Origin: Octopus sinensis
Taxonomy: Eukaryota
NCBI RefSeq assembly: GCF_006345805.1
Contig: NC_043001.1
Span: 15,686,001-15,750,000 of the forward strand
Reading direction: 5' to 3'
DNA length: 64,000 bases
Shown here: positions 24,923 through 38,479 of the stretch, piece after piece
Numbering within the stretch: the first letter of the stretch is position 1
Layout: each line of letters begins with the position of its first letter
The notes under the pieces: model-generated
What the model was told of the DNA's origin: nothing
Databases searched by the model: none
Seen by the model: only the letters and a program-made list of their open reading frames with translations
Translations under genes and position numbers: made by a program

Positions 24923-25786
24923 CACTTTAGTAATCGATTTCTAAGTTTCTTGAATTCGATCTTTGGAAAACAAGACAACCGTTCGATAATGTGAAATTTT
25001 GTTTTTCATTACTGAACTCTACTCTGTCCAAAGACTCGGAAGAAAAGCTCAATGAAGTCTTCGGGCTTGCGCTAAATATAACAACATAATCCAAACAATG
25101 CAAAATAATATTATGATTATATATAATGCAATATAACTTTTCATTACCTTGCCAAAAGGCCTGAGGTCTTACGAGGTGGGGGTCGATGTGGATGATATGT
25201 GTCCAACGAACAATCAGAGAAATTTTCATCTGATATACCGGACGATCAGATGAACGCACATCACAACAAGAGATACCTAGAAGGGCAACGGTGACCAACT
25301 TAATACTTTACTAGGACCGAATCTGGACACAGGTCCGTGATGTGAGTCTAAAATAAATATGCGTTAGCGCTAATAGTAGTGCCTCAGCGAGGCCACAACA
25401 TCTGGCTAAAACAATAATATGTATTTTAATATTATATAATTAATATGTTCTGTTGTGTCTGGGGAGAGTCATTTTCTTTTTGTGCCTTATAATGTAACAC
25501 ATTCACAGGTAAAATTTCCACTTATTCTTATTTTTATTTTCCTAAAATTTTCGTTGCGTCTTGCAACCTTTTCAATAGTCTTGACTCTCAAACTCTGAGT
25601 TTGAGTCAAAACTATTGAAAAGGTTGCAAGACGCAACGAAAATTTTAGGAAAATAAAAATAAGAATAAGTGGAAATTTTACCGGTGAATGTGTTACATTA
25701 TAAGGCACAAAAAGAAAATGACACAACAGAATATGCTTCATCACACGAACTCATATAAAGAATCTTGCAAACCAAATCCAAAAACG

Positions 25787-25818
<32 letters not shown>

Positions 25819-26683
25819 ACACTTAGTAATCGATTTCTAAGTTTCTTGAATTCGATCTTGGAAAACAAGACAACCGTTCGATAATGTGAAATTTTGTTTT
25901 TCATTACTGAACTCTACTCTGTCCAAAGACTCGGAAGAAAAGCTCAATGAAGTCTTCGGGCTTGCGCTAAATATAACAACATAATCCAAACAATGCAAAA
26001 TAATATTATGATTATATATAATGCAATATAACTTTTCATTACCTTGCCAAAAGGCCTGAGGTCTTACGAGGTGGGGGTCGATGTGGATGATATGTGTCCA
26101 ACGAACAATCAGAGAAATTTTCATCTGATATACCGGACGATCAGATGAACGCACATCACAACAAGAGATACCTAGAAGGGCAACGGTGTCCAACTTAATA
26201 CTTTACTAGGACCGAATCTGGACACAGGTCCGTGATGTGAGTCTAAAATAAATATGCGTTAGCGCTAATAGTAGTGCCTCAGCGAGGCCACAACATCTGG
26301 CTAAAACAATAATATGTATTTTAATATTATATAATTAATATGTTCTGTTGTGTCTGGGGAGAGTCATTTTCTTTTTGTGCCTTATAATGTAACACATTCA
26401 CAGGTAAAATTTCCACTTATTCTTATTTTTATTTTCCTAAAATTTTCGTTGCGTCTTGCAACCTTTTCAATAGTCTTGACTCTCAAACTCTGAGTTTGAG
26501 TCAAAACTATTGAAAAGGTTGCAAGACGCAACGAAAATTTTAGGAAAATAAAAATAAGAAAAAGTGGAAATTTTACCGGTGAATGTGTTACATTATAAGG
26601 CACAAAAAGAAAATGACACAACAGAATATGCTTCATCACACGAACTCATATAAAGAATCTTGCAAACCAAATCCAAAAACGAA

Positions 26684-26700
<17 letters not shown>
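24921..26700. repeat. 895-bp tandem duplication, each copy containing a 255-bp palindrome
   Basis: Copies start at 24921 and 25818 and differ at only about 5 positions; palindromes at 25468-25722 and 26363-26617. Confidence 0.95.
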
Positions 26701-26768
<68 letters not shown>

Positions 26769-26876
26769 ATGTTTGTTTTTATGTTCAGTTATAATAAAAA
26801 CAATTTTACATTAATCTAATAATGGGTTACTCTATAATTTTGTAAAATACAAATTATTATTCTCAAACAAGAATAT

Positions 26877-26929
26877 TATCGAGAGAGACTTAGAAGTTTC
26901 GGCCAGTTACGCCATCATTAGACTGCGAT
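26877..26929 (-). ncRNA. Degenerate hammerhead-like motif
   Basis: Minus: CTAATGA-t-ggc gtaactg gcc-GAAA-ctt ct aag-TC; core G5 is mutated and stem I is weak. Confidence 0.5.
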
Positions 26930-28114
26930 GCAATGAATTTATCTTGGCTTTATAAAGTTTCTGCTGAGTCTAAAATCTTCCTTGGGTGTCTGGGTTTCAG
27001 TAGTGGGGTTATTAGGTTTTTGGTGGGTTGTTATGGAAAGGTGTTTTGAAGAAATCTTTATTGATTAAATTTGGGGTGGCGGTATGACCGAACCGTTTAG
27101 CACAACGCTTAGCAACATGTTCGTTTTTACATTGCGAGTTCAAATTCTAACGAGGTCGACTTTTATACCTTTCATTCTTTCAGGGTCGATGAAATAAACG
27201 GGATCGATGTAATTTACTTAGCTTCCCAAAGTTCAGCCCTTATGTCTATAATACGAAGGATTATCGTTATTTTCATTTTTTACCCCTTCGAAGGTACAAT
27301 CGACACGGTTGTTGATTTAAGAATTTGCTGAGATATATTTAACCACGTTACAGTAACTTTCTGAGTTCAAATCCTGTGAGAGCTGACGAGACATAACCTT
27401 TAAACCGTCCCAAGGTATTCTACCTGCTTTATGCTCAAACTTGCCTGATCTAGCCTCTTACACCTAACCTACAATGTCATTTCATAAATAAACATTCACA
27501 TCCCTGAACTCTAAAAGCTACAAAATAATGGTGCTTGACTATTTCGAAACAAGATCAATAAACATTACATTTAACAGAATATACCATCAATGAAATAGAT
27601 TGGGCAGACATTCGATATTGATAATCGATATCATTCAACCTTTTTAATCATGTCATGAAGGAACAATTCTATGAGCAAATGACATCGTCTACTTATACCG
27701 AAGGATTGCCAACGAGATTCGAAGTTTTGGTGGGCCATATTTTTAGACTAAATTTCAAGAGCCGACTATTAAACGGGGCTGAGATTGAAGGAGTCATCTT
27801 AAGTACTGTTTAAGTAGCAGAATCCCCAAATGACCCCTAATGCAATTGAAACCTGGTGTAGCGGAAGGGGACTCATATTACAATAAATTATTACTGATTA
27901 AAACATATTATATAGCTTATATATCATCATGCTTTGATGTGGTTCCTTTTAGCTTTCACTTGATTCAGTCATTAGACTGTGGCCATGCTGGAGCAACACC
28001 TTGAAGAATATTAAGTCGAATATAAATTAACTACAGCGATCCTATCACAAAGAACTTAATTAAACATTGGTTTTTAATAAGAAAAACAACTTCTATTTCC
28101 TAACTCTAAATAAT

Positions 28115-28297
28115 CTTCTTTACTCTAGGCACAAGGCCCGAAGTTTTTGAGGAGGGGGGCAGTCGATTAGATCGACCCCAGTACGGAACTAGTACTTAAT
28201 TTATCGACCCCGAAAGGATGAAAGGCAAAGTCGACCGCGGCGGAATTTGAACTCAGAACGTAAAGACAGACGAAATACCGCTTAAGCATTTCGCCCG
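28115..28297 (-). mobile_element. SINE A (short-tail subtype, head end truncated)
   Basis: Body and B-box on the minus strand. Confidence 0.85.
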
Positions 28298-28345
28298 ATA
28301 TTAGCATAGAGGGTAATCCTTCAAATAGCCAAAGTTCTTTTATTG

Positions 28346-28411
28346 CAGGGGTTTCCAACCTGGGGTCCGCAAGGGTAACACCGAGAGCCCGTGAGCTAAA
28401 TTCAAAATTTC

Positions 28412-28451
<40 letters not shown>

Positions 28452-28538
28452 TGTAATGATAGGCATATTAAGGGGTCCGTGGAAAGGCTCATTTAAATAA
28501 AAGGGGTCCTTGGAAGTGAAAAGGTTGGGAAATCACTG
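28346..28538. mobile_element. hAT-type MITE with internal (TA)n
   Basis: TIRs caggggtttccaacct / aggttgggaaatcactg; degenerate 8-bp flanks ttttattg / atcaattg. Confidence 0.6.
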
Positions 28539-28783
28539 ATCAATTGTTTGCTTTTGAAAAAAAATAAAGAAAAAAGAAAAAAACTACGGTCGATTTTTTT
28601 TTTTTTTTTTTTTTTTACACGAGTGACAGAGATACAGAGAGAGATATTATAGGGAGAGAGAGAGAATTCCAGGGTTTCAGTACCAGAAAAGGGGTCAACC
28701 ATTTTTACACTAGATTGACTTCTATTAGAGTATATACAGTGTGTCTGTGTGTGTAGTAACGCACATACAATATATATATTATA

Positions 28784-28832
<49 letters not shown>

Positions 28833-28888
28833 ATATATACACATATACATACATGTGGTGTATATATATATATATATACATATATATG

Positions 28889-28924
<36 letters not shown>

Positions 28925-30021
28925 TATGTATATATGCATGCGTATATGTTATAAATGTATACATACATGAACACGTTTGCAGAGTGTATATACTTGAGTC
29001 GATTCTACTGGAAGCGTTTATTTTGAATTTCGAAATCAGTTTTAACGCAAACGCAAATCTTAGCGAACTCGAAACGTGCTTTATATAAAATATACACGTC
29101 GGACATGTTTATACAACTTGATAAACACTCAAAAAACATGTTTGTTTATGTGTGTGTGTGTGTGTGTAAACCATCCCCCTTCTATCTCTATCTCTCTCTC
29201 ACATACACACACACACACACGACTAATAACCAACTGGGGGCTACTTAGAGATAAATGACACGAGGTGCAACGGAGTTACATTTCAAAAGATCCTTGTAGA
29301 ACTTGTCTGATTGTAAAAAGATTTATCGTAAAAAAGAAAAAGTCGCCACTTAAACACGTGACCATATAAATATATTAAAACATTAAAAGCTTAACCAAGG
29401 ATACAAATAATTAATTGTTAGTTAATTGGATGACCTCGGCTTTTAACGAACGACATGGTGAAACTGCTCTAAACTATAGAGTTTAGCTTAAACGATTGGT
29501 AAGGTTTCGTATTCTTTCTGTGTTTACGAAGTTAGGTTCAACATCATGGCGTCTTTCTTGCTTCTTGTGAACGTGAAGTCGAATGAAATGAGCTGCTAGA
29601 CGACCCGCTAGAAATATTAGCTAAGATCTTCCTCAAATCACAATCACACTATTCCGTTTCTTTTGTATTTTGAAAACGAAACATTGAATAATGACATGCT
29701 CGAAACGTTTTTCATAACAAACGTGTCAGAGTTTATAAAATTTAGGCCACGTTAATATATAATTAAGCAGGGCTCAAAAACCTCTTTCGTTGCCCGCATT
29801 TCAGGGTCAAAGACGAAGGTAGAGCAGATGTCATGAAGGGACTAGATTAGAGAGAACCCCCTGGCGGCGGCGGTGTACAACCGCTGTACCAAACCAAAGA
29901 GACTATATATGGAAGAGAATGTCGATCGTGTTCAGTGGTTGGGAACAGTCATTCGTTTATTCTACTCGATCGGGCAATGACATAAGGTTGTAACAACCGA
30001 TAACAATTTCAATACAAGCTA

Positions 30022-30255
30022 TTAAGGGCGGTGAACTGACAGAATAGTTAGAGAGCCCGACATAATAAAATACCTTACAGTATTTCTCCCATCTCTACGT
30101 TCCGATTTCAAACCCTACCGGAGTCAACTTTGCCTTTCATTCCTCCCGGGTCGATAAAATAAATACCATTTAAATACAAGGGGCGATGGTATCGACTTAC
30201 TCTTACCCCTAAAACCACTGGCCCTGTATGTAAATCAGAAATCATTATTATTATG
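30022..30255 (+). mobile_element. Old SINE A
   Basis: Diverged head aagggcggtgaactgacagaatag, body and (att)n tail. Confidence 0.7.
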
Positions 30256-30955
30256 GGCCCATTAGGGGCCACTGGTTCCAAAATTTATTTTGTTGCTAAA
30301 TTCTTAGATTTTTCTCCAAAAATTTAAAAATTCTAATGCAATTTTCCCCAAAATTACAGAACCCATCGTATATTGTTTTCCAAAGAACTATCTACACTTT
30401 ACAAACTGCTTCCATCTTAATTTTAATAAAACGTTACAAGAATCAAAATTTTCGAGAAAGTATTTATGTATATAAAGACAAAACATAATGACGTCTAAAG
30501 AATTTCCAAGCTTTCGAGAGAAAGTGAAATAAATCTCTTTTGAAATATTGGCTCTCGAAGTACACCACATAAAACTATATTCAAATGATGAGCTTTTCAA
30601 CCTGATATTCACATAGCTATGTGTTGTTCCCCGAGAACCAATATTCAAAGAAAGAATTATTTCATTTAATAATTAAAAATTATTTTGAAAATTGTCTATT
30701 TTAAATAAAATAAAATTTTATTTTTAAAAAACCATCTTATATTGCAGAGCTTTAGAATTTCTTTGACTGAAACCACTTTAACAAAACAATCCTATTGATG
30801 AACTATCGACTGCGATTGATTTTGGAATTCTTTGAGGGTTTTATTATTTTTATTCTTTGTTTTACAAAAAAATAAACAGTTTTGTTATATTTCTAAATGG
30901 AATTAGCCTAATCTTATCCATGAAACACTTAGCTATATATGTATGTGTGTGTATA

Positions 30956-30998
<43 letters not shown>

Positions 30999-31221
30999 TA
31001 TATGACAGATAATAGATGTTGGATTGATGGATGAATTACACATTTGTGAAAACATAGGTGCTTAAACAAGGTGGAGAAAGGAGTACTCGAATACCAGAGG
31101 TAAAATAAAATATCTTATTGAAGTGGGACAAAAAAACCTTTACAAACTGTTATTCAGTCAGTGTTCCACGACTGTCTGGTGGACGGCTATGCGAAACTCT
31201 GAGTGCAAACCAGTGAAATTT

Positions 31222-31764
31222 TTTACCTTTGAGTATTTACATATATCCTCAAAGACGTCTCAGTCGTGGCCATTCCGTTGTTTATTTTCTATAAATTGTA
31301 TATCTGGGACATGAAATGTATCTTTTCATCTTCAATAGAATAATTACTCATATACACACACACATGTATGTACGTGTGTTTGTGTGTGTGTATGCATATA
31401 TATATATATATATATATATACCCCAAAATGTTAGTCTTTGATCTTTGGATCAATCTGAAAACCTGAAGAGCGAGTAAGCCAACTTTATGGGGAACAGATG
31501 AATGGTAGTTAATGCGACTGGCTGGAATTTTAGCCATCATCAACTTGATTGCGACTCATGGAATCAAAAATTTTGGTTAACATAAAGAGCGGCGTGAATG
31601 GTTGAGTTGCGACAGGGCAAGGGTGGTTAGAAATTAAGGGCTGCCTAAATCCCTAAATGGGAACATATCTGAACGTATCAACATCTGCTGAATTTCTTAG
31701 ACGGTTACATCAAACAGTTCTTCTTATTCGGTTAGATCAAACAGTCTTTTGGAGCGCGCGCCCG

Positions 31765-31804
<40 letters not shown>

Positions 31805-32406
31805 TGTGTGTGTGTATTAGTCAACAATAATTCCAGTTCGTTGTTTTATTCCGGTTTCTTCTTTTGTTTTTGTTCGTACATCTCTTTAGATCTATTTGCT
31901 GTGAAGTTTTACAGTTAATTATACCAAAGACGAAGAGCATTAACCAATATTCCATATTTTGGCATCGTGCAGTCTTCAATTTTTTTTTCATTTTTTAATA
32001 ATTTCGTTAAATTTTTTTTAAACTGGTCAATTTTTTCCTTTTCAACGATTTCTGATAAGTCTTTAGATTCTTTTTACGAGCTTTTCTTTTTTCAAATTAA
32101 TTATAATTTCAGTTTAATTAATTATACATTTTAAAATTTCAGCACTGCAATTAATACTATTATTAATTTTTGTATGAAACTTTTAAGAGAGACCTTAGGA
32201 AGCCAAGCTTTTGTATTTGTATGACCACTTAATCTGCTAACAAAACTGAAGCCAAATCTTTCTCAAATCTCAAATAGTTCCATCTTGTACAAATGAAAAG
32301 ATACATTTCATGTTCTAGTCCCAGATACACAATCTATAGAAAATAAACAACGGAATGGCCACGACTGAGACGTCTTTGAGGATATATGTAAATACTCAAA
32401 GGTAAA
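31222..32406. repeat. Inverted repeat pair (31222-31329 and 32293-32406) about 960 bp apart
   Basis: tttgagtatttacatatatcctcaaagacgtctcagtcgtggccattccgttg.. and its reverse complement, with a 5-bp indel. Confidence 0.9.
31763..31815. repeat. (GTGC)n-(GT)n microsatellite
   Basis: Direct reading. Confidence 0.95.
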
Positions 32407-33016
32407 CTGAAGACTGAAGAATATTAACAATAGCAACATTAAAGAGAGGGTTTAAGAAAGAAAGACCGTAAACAAATTTGGTCTCTGATGGAATCATGTC
32501 AAACGTAGTTTTGCATTGAACCAGAAAAATGTCCTTAACTAGTAAAATGGTTCTAGGCAGAAATTGTTCGTTTGCTGAGAAATAATTGAATCTCAATAAC
32601 TAGAAATGTTTAGGAAAATGAATATAAGATTATCTTTCTAAACTTACGATACATAATATCAACAAAAAAACATTTTTGAACAGTTATAAAACAAGAAAAA
32701 GAAAAACGAACAGAGAATATGTAAAAAAATAATGTCAGACAGACGACAAAATCGGATTGATAAAACGGTTTTTCTTTTATAAACCTAACAATGGGAAACC
32801 CAAATAAGACGAGTATTTAATATATATATAAACGACAGGTCAATGTTATAAAGTGTGATTAGATACTGATTTGATTAAAAACGAGGTAAAAACAATCAGA
32901 AGATATATATATTTATATGTTATATTGTTAGAGTCAGAGAAAACTAAATTAGGTGAGAGGAACAGATGTCTTGACCGTAGGTTTCACTCAACAAGTTGAT
33001 TTATTATTGCTACTGC

Positions 33017-33050
<34 letters not shown>

Positions 33051-34190
33051 TCTACTACTACTACAACTAATACTATTGGGGATGACCGCAGGTTTCAAAC
33101 AATAGGTCGATGTATTATAAGTACAACGTACACAATCTGCGTGAGGAGTTCATTAAAGTGTTTATTGAAAACTTTTGTGAACATGATTTTTTCTCGGTCA
33201 ACGTTATTTATTTTCAGTTAGAAAACGCATACATACATACACACATTCAAATATTATTATATAAGCTATGCATTATATATTATGTTGCATTTTATAAACG
33301 TATTACATGCGTGCATTTTCTTGCATTTTGTACACCCAACACGCATGTATACACAAGTTTAGTTGTTCAATTTAGAATGTCTGTTCCTACAAAACTTAGT
33401 GTTTATAGAAAATGCGGAGTAACAACAAAAGGATAGAATCTCGCCCTTAGAATACAAAATCCCTGTGTAATTTCTATGGACAGCATCCCTCTGAATGTCT
33501 CTCACCATAACCAAAACAATCCCTATAAATATCAAACCAACATTCGACCACAACTTGTCCAAGTCTAACAAAAGCTCTCTATGGCCAACTGCCTTTCTTT
33601 CTTTACATTGTTATGTAAATAAAAGCAAGCAATATCCAAAATCTTTATACTAGGTCATATTTACTATATCTTAATATAAACTGTATGACAAGAGTTTTCA
33701 GAATAGATGTTTCTCTAAGCTCCTAAAAGGCTCTGCAAGGCCCTGCAAGTCCCATTATCTTGTGGAAAAGGGACATGAAGGCAAAAATGAAATTTTTCAG
33801 AGTCATAATTTCCCGTTGTATGAAACAGAAATGTTTTAAAAATGAAGGCAAAACACTATTTTTTTCCCCCTTACCAAGTATGGGACTTCGAAAGACACCT
33901 CTTCTAAAACTCTGTCATCATAAGCAAAACTTTACCAACAGGTAAACATCAAATCTACAAGAGACGTCCTCTAGTTAGAGCTACCAGAGTGACTGCAACC
34001 TGTCTTAAAAGGCTTTACAAAAAAAGCTATGGGCAACGACCGTTCAGTCTGTGTAGTATGTAAATGAAAGAAATAAACCCCTAAAATTATATATATATAT
34101 ATATTTAGATTCAGATGAATATGGTACTTAAGTTAAAGGCACCAGAATTTTGTATGGTATTATCCATATAAATCAAATGGGGTGATTATA

Positions 34191-34286
34191 ATCAAAATAA
34201 GCAACAAGTATATCCAAGGCAGTGTAGTACAGTAGTATGAAACAATTGTACTACACTACCTTGGATATCTTGTTGCTTATTTTGAT
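34191..34286. repeat. Fold-back hairpin (about 41-bp arms) with hammerhead 3' half at the turn
   Basis: Arms 34191-34231 and 34247-34286; gtat-GAAA-caattg-TA-ctac at 34235-34254. Confidence 0.85.
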
Positions 34287-34317
34287 ATATATATATATAT
34301 ATAATATATATATATAT

Positions 34318-34353
<36 letters not shown>

Positions 34354-35109
34354 CCTGTGTGTTTATGTGCGTTAAGTTTGTGTATGCATTTACCTATCTA
34401 GATGCATATGTGCATTTTTGCACAAATAGTGCAGCTTTGAAAGTTAGTTGATAATTAAACAGTAATTAAATGAGGTAGAAAAATATATCAAGATAAGTTT
34501 CTTCAAAATTTATTGAGGATTAACTAACTACACATGAGAAATGATTAAGAAAAATTATGGTGGTGCTCCAGAGCGGCCAGAATTCTCTGGCTGCGACTAT
34601 AAGAGACTTTAATGCCTAACCCAATGGTGAGAATAACAATGATTAGGAATTTATCATAGTAATACGTGGAATTGTGTTTAAGGGAAGATATTTGTAAGAG
34701 ATTGCAAGATGAAGAGAATAGAGAGAGATAGACGGATATGTAGAGATAGATTGGTAGGTATGTAGACAGGTAGATATAGATTGATAGAGAGGTAAATAGG
34801 TAAATAGATACACAGAGTCGATAGGTTTCGTGACACAAACAAGCAAACAGAATTCAATACAAGGACATTGGTAAAAGTTTCAATGACTCAAAGACCGAGT
34901 TTCGTACACAGGTACTCTTGTAAATTACAGCTGATTTATAAAGAGATGGATAAGATAGACAGATAGATAGACAACGAGGTGAGACACAGATTAGAAGTGA
35001 CATGAAATGAAAAGAAAGTATAAAAAAGCATGAGAGAAAAACAATGTTGTTTACGAAAGATAAACCAGTAAAAACGAAAATATAAAAAGAGCAAAGATAA
35101 GCTGCTTAC

Positions 35110-35269
35110 CTATCCGTAAGTTTTGAGGATTTGATCGGCTGTGAACAGTCCAGAATTGAGAATGGTATCCTCCTGTGCGCATTTGTCTGGCAGGGGAATT
35201 ATTCCCCGCCACACCCGTAGCAACACCATTACAAATCCGGACAGGTGAGGGCGATCCAGAAGTAAGCAT
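35110..35269 (-). CDS. Candidate first coding exon of an unidentified gene (53 codons plus 1 nt)
   Basis: aaaactATG start; open frame MLTSGSPSPVRICNG..SNPQNLRI; strong donor AG|GTAAGC at 35110/35109; balanced GC, non-repetitive; no protein family recognised. Confidence 0.4.
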
Positions 35270-38185
35270 AGTTTTAATTTTTTTTTTAATAGGAATTATA
35301 TCTATCTATTAAATATAGATAGATATCGGGTTATTTAATATTTTAAAATATTTTTCTGTTGTTTTAAAATGTTATCCTTCTATCTGTAGTAGTTATACCA
35401 TGAAATCCGCTTCCGGTGAAGTGGTGTGTATATATATAATAATATATATATATATATACGCGCGCTATCAGCACCCCTTACACACACCGTGTGTATAATA
35501 TGAATGTAATGATGTTTGCGATGTAATTTATATGCATATATATAAATAATTATAAAAATGTATATATGTGAATGAGTATGTGTAAAATACGTGTGTATAT
35601 TTTAATAAATATCTAAAATACACATTTACATATATATATATATATATATATACACCAGTGACCAGCTATATAATATATATATATATAATATATATATATA
35701 TCCTTGTGTGTAAACAAAAAGTATGGAAACAAACAAACGACAAAAAAAAACGAACTTTTTTGAAACAATTTTTCTTTTAAAAAATATTTAAGATAAATAT
35801 TTTTTTTTCTCTAGATATTTTTTCCTCGGTCTGTATAAAAAAATATATTGATATTATACGTAAATATATATATATATCTATATATATATTTTTTTCTCAA
35901 ATGCGAAAGAAACGAAAATGAATTGTTGTGGTTATTTGTAATGGAATACAAACATTTTTTTTTGTAAATAAATCTATTTCTCCCGGTCGTCGTAGCTGTC
36001 GAGTGTATATATTTTCTTCATTCAGGCGTGAAAATTATCAAATATTCCTTGTTTTCTTTTAAAAAAAATCTTCCTCGTCGAATGCCACAGGTAGTAAATA
36101 AAATAAAGGCAGCAATTAAAAAACCAGGTAAGTTGTAATATATATAATATATATAATATATACAATATCCATTAAATTTGCAACTTGAAAAATACGGTAA
36201 TATATCAAAACTGATATATAATATATTATATTATCTTGAGCACGTTATGTTTTTTTATACATTCATATATACATACATTCACACACTCATATATACGCAC
36301 TAGCACACACGCGCGCGCGCGCAATTAGTTTTTTTTTTTTTTTGTTATCCGTGCCCCCAAGGCCAGTGTGTTTTCATCTGTGTGTATACATGTATATATA
36401 TAATATTTTTTTTTTCCTTGAGAGATTTCGGTATTTGCGTTTTTCTCGTGATTTTCTTTCTCAAACGAAGTTTGTTGTTGTAGGACGACTTATTATTATA
36501 TTTTTACGATGTTGTTTTTTGGCCAAAGAGAAAAATAAATCGCTATTTGTGGTCGTCCATCTCCGCCGGTGATGGACGGTGGAGAGAAAAAACCTTGGCA
36601 CCAACTGGGAATTCACCATTTAGTAATATAAAAAACAATCTATCGAGCGGGTTTGTTGTAATTTCCAACCACGGGGCCAAGACTCGCTCACACTCCACCC
36701 TCGCTGAGCGATAGAAAATCTATCTGTGTGTAGTAATGATGTCGTACCTCGGGCTTGGACGGCAAAAAAAAAATATACTCCAATCATAATACACTTTCTA
36801 TAAACACAGCTATACATACATGCATGCGTACATAAAGCACACGCATACACTAACATATATAGACACGCACATACAATCTACGTAGTATAAATATACATAT
36901 ATATACACATACATATAAGCTTCTGTGAGTGAAGAATTGGAGGAGGAGGAGGCGGAGTGTGTAAAGTAGATGCGACGGGAGGGGGAGGGAAAAACGTAAG
37001 AGAGGGAGTGAGGTGGGAGGAGGGTTTTTTGGTGAAGGAGAAGGAGGAGGAGGAGAGAACGCAAAAATACAAAAGGGAGAGTGGGAGTAGGAAAAAGAAA
37101 GGAGAGACGAAAGCGATACGGTGAACGCACGTAAATGTAGTGTGTATGTTACGTATGTATGTATGTATGCATATACGTGTATGTATAACTATGTATGTGT
37201 GTATATGTGGTGGTGGTGTGGTGGTGTGTGCCAGAAGCATGAATGGAGGCCATAATATATATGTGTGTATGTGTGTATATATATATATATGTGTGTATGT
37301 GTGGTGTGTGTGTGTAAGCTGGGACAAACAAACGCACGGTTTAAGGAAGAGAGGAGAAAGCTCTGCGCTCGGCAGGTTTAAGCCACGCCCACATTCTCAG
37401 GCAGAGAAAAACCCGACTTACCAATCTTAGTGCAACGATATACAACGAAAATGTATGCGCATCGAGCAGCGTATTAACATAATTTATGTGTGTTTTATTC
37501 ATATATATGTATGTATATGTGTGTGTGTGCTTATTTATATATATATATATATGTGTGTGTATGTGTGCGTCTAGGATTAAAAGAGGGCCTCCCACCCTCT
37601 CTCTCTGTTTCTCCTAAGTAAGTGAGTATACACACACACATATATATATATATGCAGGGCTAAGCGACACGCCCTCCTCTTCCCGTTCTTAGGGCCGTTC
37701 GTTCTCCCATTGATTGACTATATAGAGTAGAGTCGAGAACCATTAAAACAACAACAATAACTACAGCACAACAACAACAACAACAACAACGAAAGCAATA
37801 AAACAAACCAGGAAGAAAAACGATGAAAGCTTTACTAGAGAAAAAAAAGTGTGTGTGTATGTATTTACGTACGAAACTGAGCGAGTATATAAGAGAGTGT
37901 GTGTGTGTATGTGTGTGTAAGATGTGTGTTACATTATATAGTATTGTTAGTAGTAGTAGTAGCAGTAGTAGTTGTATATAAAATTGGTGGTGGTTGTAGT
38001 ATCTTAGTCACAGTAGTAGTGGGTGGTGGTGGTGGTGGGGTGGTGGTGGTGGTGGTAGAGGTAGTTTTTAAACTCCGCCCAACTTTTGTGAATGAGACGA
38101 GAAACATTTCACAGACACACAGACACACACACACAGAGTCATGTCCAATACAGACACACAATTTCAAAACGTACACACTGCTAAA

Positions 38186-38285
38186 NNNNNNNNNNNNNNN
38201 NNNNNNNNNNNNNNNNNNNNNNNNNNNNNNNNNNNNNNNNNNNNNNNNNNNNNNNNNNNNNNNNNNNNNNNNNNNNNNNNNNNNN
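38186..38285. other. Assembly gap (100 N)
   Basis: Run of N. Confidence 1.
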
Positions 38286-38289
38286 TTGA

Positions 38290-38470
38290 CCGTTAACTCC
38301 AAAAGTTTTTTTATTCTCTCTGTTTATTTCTTCGTGTTCCTTCCTGATGAAGAGCGTATGCTCGAAACGTAAAAGACTTTCTCATCTTCCCAAGCGTCAA
38401 ACTAATACACCTGCTTGTTGCTTATATGCATGTCTTCGTTTTTTTGTTTTGTTTTGTTTTGTAAATTTCA
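38290..38470 (+). mobile_element. Penelope pLTR-like module with hammerhead motif (core 38344-38350)
   Basis: CTGATGA-a-gagc gtat gctc-GAAA-cg-TA-aaagac; homologous to 44040-44205; stem I weak in this copy. Confidence 0.6.
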
Positions 38471-38479
38471 ACTATATAT

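Noticed and set aside
33690-33960. Possible LINE remnant (FQNRC-like codons); similar weak cases at 1610-1890 and 56900-57100
   Set aside because: Too short and degraded to support a call without a search.
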